Shown: piece by piece, positions 38,495 through 48,112 of the stretch
How positions within the stretch are numbered: the stretch's first letter is position 1
How the letters are laid out: each line of letters begins with the position of its first letter
From: an uncultured Bacteroidaceae bacterium
GTDB taxonomy: Bacteria; CAIWAD01
NCBI GenBank assembly: GCA_964568855.1
Contig: CAZMSD010000003.1
Coordinates: 25,848-89,847, forward strand
Length of the DNA: 64,000 nt
Direction: 5' to 3'
Notes under the pieces: generated by a model
Seen by the model: only the letters and a program-made list of their open reading frames with translations
Database searches by the model: none
What the model was told of the DNA's origin: nothing
Program-made: the position numbers and the translations under genes

Positions 38495-40996
38495 ATGGTC
38501 GACTTCAACTACCGCAAGCTGCTGGATTACCATCTCAAGCAGACCATGAGCTTTTCCGAGTGGGTGGGGCTTTTCACCGAGCGTCCCCAGGACCACCTGC
38601 ACACTTCCTCCACGCTGATCTCCGAGGCGATCAAGTACTTCGGCTTCGAGATCGTGATCCGCAGCGGCGAGCCGGCCATCAGCTACAACATCTTCAAGGA
38701 CCTCTTCTCCAACGGCATCAACGCCGTCTACGGGCAGGAGTTCTGCATCAAGCACATCGTGGACGTGATCGAATCGGTGGGCAAGGAGTCGGGCCCCAAC
38801 CGCGGCATCGTGCTCGTTGGCCCGCCGGCCTCGGGCAAGACGAACATCATCGACATGATCTCGCTGGCGCTCGAGGAGTACACAAAGCAGCAGAACGTGC
38901 GGATCTATTCCTGCTTCTTCCGCTTCCCGGACCGCGACGGGCGCGCCGTCGAGCTGCGCAGCGCCTTCATGCACAATCCCGTGCTGCTTTTCCCGACGAT
39001 CCTCCAGCTCGACGGCCGCGTGACGCGTCCGAGGCAGGAGCTTTTCGAGCACATCAACAGCCGCCGCAGCGCGGACGAGCAGATCATCTTCCCCACCTAC
39101 TACCAGAACGCCACGCTCGACAAGCGCAACATGGACATCATCGAGAGCCTTCTCCAGCACCCGCGCAACGAGGGCAAGTCGCTCTTCGACATCATCGAGG
39201 AATACGTGCGCGTCGAGGAGATCGAGTTCTCGAACGCCCAGGCCCGGGGAATCGCCAACATCGACGACATGCCCAAGCTCGAGGTGGGAATCCAGTCGGC
39301 CAAGCTGGGCCCCTCCTCGCTGGAGGTCCTCAACCAGCACCTGCCCAGCCATTTCCTTTACAACTACACCGGCGCGATCGTGGCGGCCAACCGCGGCATC
39401 CTGCACATCCACGACGCCTTCGGCAGCGGCAGCGAGTCCGAGATCCCCACCGACCGGGACTACAAGCCCCTGCTGATGCTGCTGGGCAGCGGGCGGGTGG
39501 CCTGCGAAGCCACCCAGGCGCCGGTGGACAACACCGTGGTGATCACCACCAACATCGAGGAGATGGAGCGGCTGGACCAGCAGCTGACTTCCTCGAAGCT
39601 GCTGGACCGCATCGAGAAGGTGACCGTCAACTACCTGCTGGACACCAACTCGGAAACCGACATCCTGCGGCGCGACATGTCCGTGATGCGCGAGAAGTTC
39701 GACGTGGACCCGAACCTGCTGCGGGTGGCGGCCTATTTCTCAGTGTTGACGCGCCTGCTCCCACCCTGCCGCAACCAGTTCCCCAACCAGTGGAACGTGG
39801 AGAAGATCGAGCTCTACCGCACCATCACGCCCGAGCAGAAGCTCTTCATCTACTCCAGCCAGTCCGAGGACCCGGTGAACACGATCCGCCGGCTGCCCCA
39901 CTGGCACCCCTTCCGCAACGAGGCGCTGCGCCTGGGGATCAGCATCAACGATCCGCAGGAGCTGGCCGGCTACGTGGCGCGGCACCCCGACGCGCTCAGC
40001 CTGGAGGACTCGGGGCTCTTCACGCTCGAGCAGCTCAAGCTGGCGGACGACGAATTCATGCGGGCGCTGTGGAACGAGCACTTCCCCAACGAAGGGCGCC
40101 ACGGCATCTCGATCCGGCAGCTGCAGAACGTGATGCGCAACACGATCACGGCCTCCGACGGCCACAAGGTCCACGTGGGAACCTTCTTCAGCCAGCTGCG
40201 GAAGGTGATCGCCGAGGGACCCGGGCTGCACCACTGGCTGGCCATCGATCCCGAGTACCGCAAGAACCGCAAGCCCGTGCCGCCGCGGCGGATCGGGGAG
40301 GTTGAGCTCGAGGAAGGGGTGGGCGACTACGGGGACTTCAAGGGCCTGCTGCGTGTGTCACAGGCCTTGTACTTCATGATCATCCGCCGCGAGATCACGG
40401 TGGCCACCGTGGACCGCGACCCGGAGCAGATCGAATCGGACCTGCGCCGCTACATCCAGCACGCATTGCTGGCCAAGGCCGTGGAGAACAAGGCCTTCGC
40501 GCACATCATGGTTCCGCGCTTCTCGTTCATCGATCCGGAGTCGGGCATCGAAATCAACCGGCCGGACGACACCTTCATGCGGGCGGTCGAGAAGGTCATC
40601 ACCCCGGAGCGCCAGCCGGCAGAAGCCCGGATGAAGATCGCCGAGAAGTTCCTGGAGCTGCAGAACACGGGCGAGTTGCTGCTGGAGGCCGACAAGAACG
40701 CCGTCTACTCGCGGAACGACAACCTGGTCAACTTCTTCGTCGCGGAATACTCGTCGCTGCTGTCACACAGGAAGACCGTCGACGGCATCAACGTCGAAGA
40801 CCTGCGCGACGCCTTCTTCCAGAAACGCAACGCCCTGGACAAGTATCACCACTACGCCCGCGAGATCCGCAGCCTGGTTGAGACGGTCCTGGACAACCTG
40901 GTCACGCGCTACAACTACTCGCGGCAGCTGGCGCTGGACACCGTGGTCTTCGCGCTGCGCAAGAACATCATCGACTTCGGGAACATCATCAACTGA
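38495..40996 (+). CDS. Divergent PrkA-like AAA+ protein (second PrkA paralog), 833 aa.
   Basis: The Walker A motif is VLVGPPASGKTNI. Blocks align with PrkA: GAIVAANRGILHIHDAFGSGSES aligns with GELCAGANGFVEIHE, and LLGSGRVACEATQAPVDNTVVITTNIEE aligns with LLFATQDRFFKPEGQPPIPFNGVIIGHTNFHE. The C-terminal ~400 aa has no PrkA C-domain match that I can recognise. Confidence 0.6.
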   Translation: MVDFNYRKLLDYHLKQTMSFSEWVGLFTERPQDHLHTSSTLISEAIKYFGFEIVIRSGEPAISYNIFKDLFSNGINAVYGQEFCIKHIVDVIESVGKESGPNRGIVLVGPPASGKTNIIDMISLALEEYTKQQNVRIYSCFFRFPDRDGRAVELRSAFMHNPVLLFPTILQLDGRVTRPRQELFEHINSRRSADEQIIFPTYYQNATLDKRNMDIIESLLQHPRNEGKSLFDIIEEYVRVEEIEFSNAQARGIANIDDMPKLEVGIQSAKLGPSSLEVLNQHLPSHFLYNYTGAIVAANRGILHIHDAFGSGSESEIPTDRDYKPLLMLLGSGRVACEATQAPVDNTVVITTNIEEMERLDQQLTSSKLLDRIEKVTVNYLLDTNSETDILRRDMSVMREKFDVDPNLLRVAAYFSVLTRLLPPCRNQFPNQWNVEKIELYRTITPEQKLFIYSSQSEDPVNTIRRLPHWHPFRNEALRLGISINDPQELAGYVARHPDALSLEDSGLFTLEQLKLADDEFMRALWNEHFPNEGRHGISIRQLQNVMRNTITASDGHKVHVGTFFSQLRKVIAEGPGLHHWLAIDPEYRKNRKPVPPRRIGEVELEEGVGDYGDFKGLLRVSQALYFMIIRREITVATVDRDPEQIESDLRRYIQHALLAKAVENKAFAHIMVPRFSFIDPESGIEINRPDDTFMRAVEKVITPERQPAEARMKIAEKFLELQNTGELLLEADKNAVYSRNDNLVNFFVAEYSSLLSHRKTVDGINVEDLRDAFFQKRNALDKYHHYAREIRSLVETVLDNLVTRYNYSRQLALDTVVFALRKNIIDFGNIIN

Positions 40997-41014
40997 GGCC
41001 CGCCGCGCCCGGGC

Positions 41015-42130
41015 TCAATCCACCCAGTCGGCCAGGAACACGTTCGTTTCGCGCGGCGAACTGTTGAAGCGGTTCGAGGCGAAGACCAGCCGACTGCCGT
41101 CGCGCGTGAACATGGGAAAGCCGTCGAAGCCCTCGAAGGCGGTCACCCGCTCCAGGCCTTCGCCGTCCTCGCCGATGATCCACAGGTTGAAATCCGAGTG
41201 CCGACGGTCTGCGCTGCCGATGTTGGAGCAGAAGATGATCCGCCGGTTGTCGGGGTGGAAGAAGGGGCCAAAGTTGGCCCACTCGTTGTGCGTCACCTGC
41301 CGCTTGTTGCCGCCGTCGGCGTCCATCACCCAGACCTGGAAGTTGTTGGGCTCGATCAGTTCGTCGGCCAGCAGCGCGCGGTAGCGCGCCCGGGCTTCCG
41401 GAGTCTTCGGGTAATACGAGCGGTAGACGATCTTGCGGCCGTCCCAGGAGAAGAACGGCCCGCCGTCGTAGCCCAGTTCGTGCGTCAACTGCCTGAGGTC
41501 GCCGCCATCGAGATCCATGGTCCAGATCTCCAGGTCGCCGCTGCGCTGCGAGGTGAAGACGATCCGGTCGCCGGCGGGTGAGACGGTGGGCTCGGCGTCG
41601 TAGCCGGGCGCGGCCGCCAGGGGACGCAGGTTGCCGCCGCCGGCGTCGGCCTTGTAGATGTCGTAGCCGCCGTACACAGCCCAGACGTAGCCCTTCGAGA
41701 AGTCGGGCGGCGGGGGGCAGTCCGGGTCCGCCGCGTGCGTGCTGGCGTAGACGATCTCCCGGTCGCCGGGCAGGAAATATGAGCAGGTGGTGCGCCCGCG
41801 CCCCGTGCTGACCATCCGTTTCTCCGAGCCGTCCACGTTCATGGTGAAGATCTGGTCGCACTCGAGCTCGCCGTGCGTGGTCTGGTAGATCAGCTTCCGC
41901 TCGTCGAAGCTGAAATAAGCCTCGGCGTTCTCCCCGCCGTCGGTCAGCATGCGCAGATTCTTCAAGTGCTTCTCGCCGGGATCGTCCACAACAGCCGGCC
42001 GGCCGCCGTCCGCGCCGGCCCGGTCCGCCGTCTCCGGCTTAGGGGGCTGCTCCCCGGACCGGCAGGCCGCCGAGCCCAGGACCATGACGGCCGCCAGGAG
42101 GGCGACCGCCCCCTTCAATCTTCGCTCCAT
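41015..42130 (-). CDS. TolB-like periplasmic beta-propeller lipoprotein (WD40/PD40 repeats).
   Basis: The lipoprotein signal is MERRLKGAVALLAAVMVLGSAAC. Repeated PD40-like units are present (SPAGDRIVFTSQRSGDLEIWTMDLDGG, SWDGRKIVYRS, DGSRLVFASNR). Confidence 0.7.
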   Translation of the reverse strand: MERRLKGAVALLAAVMVLGSAACRSGEQPPKPETADRAGADGGRPAVVDDPGEKHLKNLRMLTDGGENAEAYFSFDERKLIYQTTHGELECDQIFTMNVDGSEKRMVSTGRGRTTCSYFLPGDREIVYASTHAADPDCPPPPDFSKGYVWAVYGGYDIYKADAGGGNLRPLAAAPGYDAEPTVSPAGDRIVFTSQRSGDLEIWTMDLDGGDLRQLTHELGYDGGPFFSWDGRKIVYRSYYPKTPEARARYRALLADELIEPNNFQVWVMDADGGNKRQVTHNEWANFGPFFHPDNRRIIFCSNIGSADRRHSDFNLWIIGEDGEGLERVTAFEGFDGFPMFTRDGSRLVFASNRFNSSPRETNVFLADWVD

Positions 42131-42185
42131 TCCGTCTCCTTTGTGATACATTTGCGCCCGCTCGACCTCCCCAATCCGGGCTGTG

Positions 42186-43787
<1,602 letters not shown>

Positions 43788-43851
43788 CGTGATACCTGTG
43801 TGTTTGTCTGTGATTCGATGTTTGTGTCCGCGCCAGTGTCACCGCTGATAC

Positions 43852-44427
43852 TCAGATGTTCCTCATCCCGATGATGCTCAGGAACTCGGCCCGGGTCTCG
43901 GCGTCGTCGTGGAACTCTCCCAGCATGGAGCTGGTGGTGGCGTAGGAGTTCTGCTTCTCCACGCCGCGCATCTGCATGCACATGTGGCGGCCCTCCATGA
44001 CCACCGCCACCCCCTCGGGATCGAGGACCTCGCAGATGGCCTGGGCCACCTGGTGCGTCAGACGCTCCTGGACCTGCAGGCGCCGGGCATACATCTCGAT
44101 CAGGCGCGGGATCTTGGACAGGCCGATCACCCTGCCCCGCGGAATGTAGCCCACGTGGGCACGGCCGAAGAAGGGCAGCAGGTGGTGCTCGCAGAGGCTG
44201 AAGAACTCCACGTCGCGAACCACCACCATCTCGCTGCAGTCCTCGTGAAACACGGCGCCGCCGGTCACTTCCGCGATGTCCATACGGTAGCCCCGGGAGA
44301 AGAATTCCCAGGCCGCTCCCACCCGCCGCGGTGTGTTCAGCAGCCCCTCACGCTCCGGATCCTCGCCGATGGCGGCCAGCAGGTTCCGCGTGGATTCCTC
44401 GATCATCCTGATATCACTGTCCTTCAT
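43852..44427 (-). CDS. folE: GTP cyclohydrolase I.
   Basis: Conserved motifs are [22 protein letters not shown] and [10 protein letters not shown]. The protein is 191 aa. Confidence 0.9.
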   Translation of the reverse strand: MKDSDIRMIEESTRNLLAAIGEDPEREGLLNTPRRVGAAWEFFSRGYRMDIAEVTGGAVFHEDCSEMVVVRDVEFFSLCEHHLLPFFGRAHVGYIPRGRVIGLSKIPRLIEMYARRLQVQERLTHQVAQAICEVLDPEGVAVVMEGRHMCMQMRGVEKQNSYATTSSMLGEFHDDAETRAEFLSIIGMRNI

Positions 44428-45130
44428 GCGTGGTCACCCTTTTCGCGGACCAGGCCGCTTCCTCCGGATCCTCGTGCACCCGCGGCTTCAGCAACCGGAC
44501 GCTCAAGTAGAACAGCGGCGTGTCGAACACGGCCACCAACACCTTGAACAGGAAACCATTCTCCAGCAGCGGCAGGAAGCGCTCCCATTGAAGCACGTTC
44601 GTAATACACAGCAGGAGCAGCACCGAGGCCGTGTCCACAAGTTGGGATATTACGGTCGAACCGTTGTTGCGCAGCCAGAGGTGCCGGCCGCGGGTCAGGC
44701 GCTTCCAGAAATGGAAGATGCGGATGTCGATGAACTGGGCGCAGAGGTAGGCGGCCATGGAGGCGAAGACGGCGGGGCCGAAGAGACCGAAGACCCGGTG
44801 GAAGGTCTCGTCCTCCACCGGAGACCAGGAGGTGGCGCTGACGGCGTCGGCGGTCAGGATCACGCCCATCACGAATACGCTGGCAATAAATCCCGCGGCC
44901 ACCACCAGGTTGGCGCGGCGTCGGCCGTAGAGCTCGGAGATGATGTCCGTGACCAGGAAGGTCACCGGGTAAGGCAGAATGCCCACCGAGATCTCGAAGG
45001 TGTAGAGGCCGAAGGGGGTCCAAGTGAAGAATTTCTGGAAGATCAGGTTGCAGCTCACCAGCGAGGCGATGAAGATTCCCGCCAGAGCGAGATACAGACG
45101 GTCTCTGAAGGCCATGCCGGATTCCATCAT
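44414..45130 (-). CDS. yhhQ: Queuosine-precursor transporter (YhhQ/DUF165 family).
   Basis: It starts at [26 protein letters not shown]. The YhhQ signature [19 protein letters not shown] is present. It is a polytopic membrane protein. The ORF track start (45526) adds a 132-aa Arg/Gly-rich leader that is GC-frame noise. Confidence 0.75.
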   Translation of the reverse strand: MMESGMAFRDRLYLALAGIFIASLVSCNLIFQKFFTWTPFGLYTFEISVGILPYPVTFLVTDIISELYGRRRANLVVAAGFIASVFVMGVILTADAVSATSWSPVEDETFHRVFGLFGPAVFASMAAYLCAQFIDIRIFHFWKRLTRGRHLWLRNNGSTVISQLVDTASVLLLLCITNVLQWERFLPLLENGFLFKVLVAVFDTPLFYLSVRLLKPRVHEDPEEAAWSAKRVTTHEGQ

Positions 45131-45135
45131 AGGCC

Positions 45136-45777
45136 CTAGCGGGCGGACGGGCAGAGCGCGACCAGCACGCAGTCGCCGCAGCGGGGCCGCCGGGCCACGC
45201 AGACCGCCCGGCCGTGGTCGATCACGCGGTGGGTGAAGCCCACCCATTCCTCCTCGGGTAAAAGCTCCATCATCTCCCGCTCGATCTTCACCGGGTCCCT
45301 GGTGGCCACCAGCCCCAGCAGGTTGAGAATCCGCACCATGTGGGTGTCCACCACCAGGGCGGGAATTCCATGCCAGGTACCGAGTACGCAGCTGGCCGTC
45401 TTGCGTCCCACGCCCGGCAGGGCCACCAGCCGCTCCAGGCTGTCGGGCACCATTCCGCCGTGTTCTTCGACAATGGCGCGGCTGGATCCAATGATGCTTT
45501 TCGATTTCTGGTTGTGATATCCGCATGAGCGGATGTCCTCGGCCAGTTCCTCCGGGCGGGCGCCGGCGAAATGCTCAGGGCCGGGATACTTTCTGAACAA
45601 TTCCGGCGTGACCTGGTTGACGCGCGCATCGGTGCACTGGGCCGACAGAATGGTGGCCACCAGGAGCTGGTGCGCCGATTCGAAACCCAGGCCGCAGACG
45701 GAATGCGGATAGGCTTCTCTGAGCCTTCCGGCAGCTGCGCGCGCGCGCCGCTTCAGCTTTGTACGATCCGCTTGCAT
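45136..45777 (-). CDS. nth: Endonuclease III (DNA glycosylase/AP lyase).
   Basis: Motifs include LLVATILSAQCTD, the HhH-GPD motif LPGVGRKTA, and the C-terminal 4Fe-4S cluster loop C-x6-C-x2-C-x5-C (CVARRPRCGDCVLVALC). Confidence 0.85.
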   Translation of the reverse strand: MQADRTKLKRRARAAAGRLREAYPHSVCGLGFESAHQLLVATILSAQCTDARVNQVTPELFRKYPGPEHFAGARPEELAEDIRSCGYHNQKSKSIIGSSRAIVEEHGGMVPDSLERLVALPGVGRKTASCVLGTWHGIPALVVDTHMVRILNLLGLVATRDPVKIEREMMELLPEEEWVGFTHRVIDHGRAVCVARRPRCGDCVLVALCPSAR

Positions 45778-46192
45778 GACCGCCTCGAGTGAACGCCGAC
45801 TGATAAAATATGAAACGCCCGCTGACCGAAATCAGCGGACGCTGGTTGGTACATCGCCCTCCAACCCGAAACCCATCCCCCATGCTTCAGGATCGGCAGG
45901 GTGACGACTGAATTATCCTGCAAACCGCAAGCCTCGTGCCAATCAGACAAAGAATACTTGGTTAAGCTAAGATTATTGACTTGCACTCAGCTGGATATTT
46001 CCCGAGCCCGATTCTGAACAGACGCCCGCGGAAAACGGGCGGATATTGAACATTTCAATTAAGGGACATCATCCAGGCCGTCGGAATGGCTGTCCCCGGG
46101 CCCTCGAGTCTAAAGACGCCCCATTGGATTGTCGATTTCAAGGATACGCACATGGCGAGTAATAGTGCACCCGCCGATGCCCCAGGCTGAAC

Positions 46193-47998
46193 ATGGATAG
46201 ACGAGGAGAGACGGCCATGCGTTCCAGCCCGAAGTTCTTTCACCGAACGCGCGGCGAATTGCGGCGCCTTCGACGCCAGAACCACCTGCTGCGTCTCGCC
46301 GGTCCGGAACCGGTCAGGGACAGCGAGCCCGCGGAACCCGATTTCCTGCAGCGGGCGATCGTCGGTTCGGTCTACGAACACGCCGTGATCGTTACCGGTC
46401 TGGACCACTACGTGATCTATTACAACCACCAGGCCGCCAGCTATTTCGGTCGCCCGCTCGAACAGGCCGTGGGGCGCAGGATTCAGGAGCTGCTTTCGGA
46501 CAGGGACTCCGCGCGCCTGTCGAGCGCCTTCGACGAGATCCCGGCGGAAGGCACGCGCGAGCTCGACGTGGAAGTGCGGGACACCGAGGGCCTGTGCAGG
46601 GACCTGAAGCTCTCCGTGGGAGACCTGCAGGAAGACGGCGACCGTTCCGTAGGCTACCTCCTTATCGGCAAGGACGTGACACAGGAGAAGCAGGCGGCCG
46701 CCGAGCGCGAGCGCCTGCTGCTCGACTACGGCATCCGGCTCAGGGAATTGAACCTGATCTTCGATGTGACACAAATCGTCGAGGAGGAAACCACGCTCGA
46801 GGGCATACTCGAGCGCATCGCCTGGAAGCTCCCGGTGGCCTTTCTCAGGCCGCTGCACACTTCGGTGCGGATTCGCTGCGGGGAGAGGACTTTTTCATCG
46901 CCGGGATTCCAGGCGGGCCGCGTGATCCACGATGTGGAGATCAGCAGCGGCGGGCAGCCGGCGGGCGCCATCGAAATGCACTCGCTCGCCCGGGAGTACG
47001 ACTCCGAGGGAGTCTTCCACAGGGAGGAGCGGGCCCTGCTGCGGCACGTGGCCAGCCAGATCGGCAAGGCGCTGCACCAGATGAAGGCGCAGGAAGCGCT
47101 GAAAGAGAGCGAAGACCGCTACCGCACCCTGATCGAGCACCAGGTCGAAGGGGTGGTGATCGTGGATCCCGAGCTGCAGCTGGCCTACGCCAACCGGGCG
47201 GCGGAGAAGATCCTGGGGACGGACGAGGGAGAACTCAGGGGTCGCTCGATCTGGGACTTCCTCGACCGCCGGAACCGCGCTCTGTTGCTGCGCGAAACCC
47301 GCTCGCTCATCGATCGAACCTGCAGCTCCCTGCAGCTGCACGTCAGACGCGAGGACGGAGCGGAGCTGGAACTGCAGGTCACGCTCTATCCCCTCTTCGG
47401 ACCCTCCGGCGAGCTGCTTTCGGCGGCCGGCGTTTTTCAGGACATCACCACCGTGAAGAGGACCGAGCAGCGGCTCGACCAGCGCCTGAGAGCGGAACGG
47501 GCGCTCTCGAGCGTATCCGCCGCCATCAGCACCTGCCGCGACCCGGAGCTGGCGCTGGAGCGCGCCATCGGCGAAGTGGGCCTGCTCGCGCGCGCCTCGC
47601 GGGCCTGCTTCTACAGGCTGGACGAGGCCGGCGCCGGTTTCGACCTTGAGCACGAATGGTGCGACACGGGCGTCAATTCAAGGAAGGACAGGCTTTCCCG
47701 TCTGCCATTGGCGGACCTGTCCCAGGAGGTGGAGCAACTGGGCGCCGGGGCGGAAGTCGTCATCCGCGACACCCATGCGGCGACGACCAGCGCCGGCGGA
47801 GCTCCCGGTCCCCTGCGGGAATCCGGCATCCATTCCCAGGTGCTGCTGCCGGTGACCAGCGGCGACGCGCTGGCGGGCTTCCTCGGCCTGGACAACCTCG
47901 GCGATCCGGCCCAGGGCCTGGAGGTCGAGCTGCCGCTGCTGCGGGTCGCGGCCCGGCTGTTCGGCGAGGCCCTGGATCGCCGTCCCGCTGAGGGCTGA
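46193..47998 (+). CDS. Multi-domain PAS/GAF sensor protein without a recognisable output domain.
   Basis: Two PAS-like segments end in GKDVTQEK and FDVTQIVEE. GAF-like segments lie between and after them. A C-terminal GAF domain is indicated by LLPVTSGDALAGFLGLDN. No kinase, GGDEF, EAL or HTH domain is detected. Confidence 0.65.
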   Translation: MDRRGETAMRSSPKFFHRTRGELRRLRRQNHLLRLAGPEPVRDSEPAEPDFLQRAIVGSVYEHAVIVTGLDHYVIYYNHQAASYFGRPLEQAVGRRIQELLSDRDSARLSSAFDEIPAEGTRELDVEVRDTEGLCRDLKLSVGDLQEDGDRSVGYLLIGKDVTQEKQAAAERERLLLDYGIRLRELNLIFDVTQIVEEETTLEGILERIAWKLPVAFLRPLHTSVRIRCGERTFSSPGFQAGRVIHDVEISSGGQPAGAIEMHSLAREYDSEGVFHREERALLRHVASQIGKALHQMKAQEALKESEDRYRTLIEHQVEGVVIVDPELQLAYANRAAEKILGTDEGELRGRSIWDFLDRRNRALLLRETRSLIDRTCSSLQLHVRREDGAELELQVTLYPLFGPSGELLSAAGVFQDITTVKRTEQRLDQRLRAERALSSVSAAISTCRDPELALERAIGEVGLLARASRACFYRLDEAGAGFDLEHEWCDTGVNSRKDRLSRLPLADLSQEVEQLGAGAEVVIRDTHAATTSAGGAPGPLRESGIHSQVLLPVTSGDALAGFLGLDNLGDPAQGLEVELPLLRVAARLFGEALDRRPAEG

Positions 47999-48112
47999 GG
48001 CGAAACCCGAGAGAAAGAAAGCGGGGGCTCCGCCGGGAGCTCCCGCTTCTTTTTTGTGCTACACGCGCTGCGGACCGCGGTCCGGTTCGCGCGGCGCCTC
48101 ATTCATCCATGC

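Noticed and set aside
33488-40305. Large antisense or alternative-frame ORFs over the prkA cluster: 33488-35839 minus, 35700-36845 minus, 36820-38508 minus, 37278-38549 plus, 38560-40305 plus.
   Set aside because: Each overlaps a CDS with clear family motifs, and none has motifs of its own. They are high-GC artefacts.
44414-45526. Long 370-aa version of yhhQ beginning at 45526.
   Set aside because: The extra 132 N-terminal residues are R/G/P-rich with no transporter features. The conserved family start MMESGMAF at 45130 is used instead.
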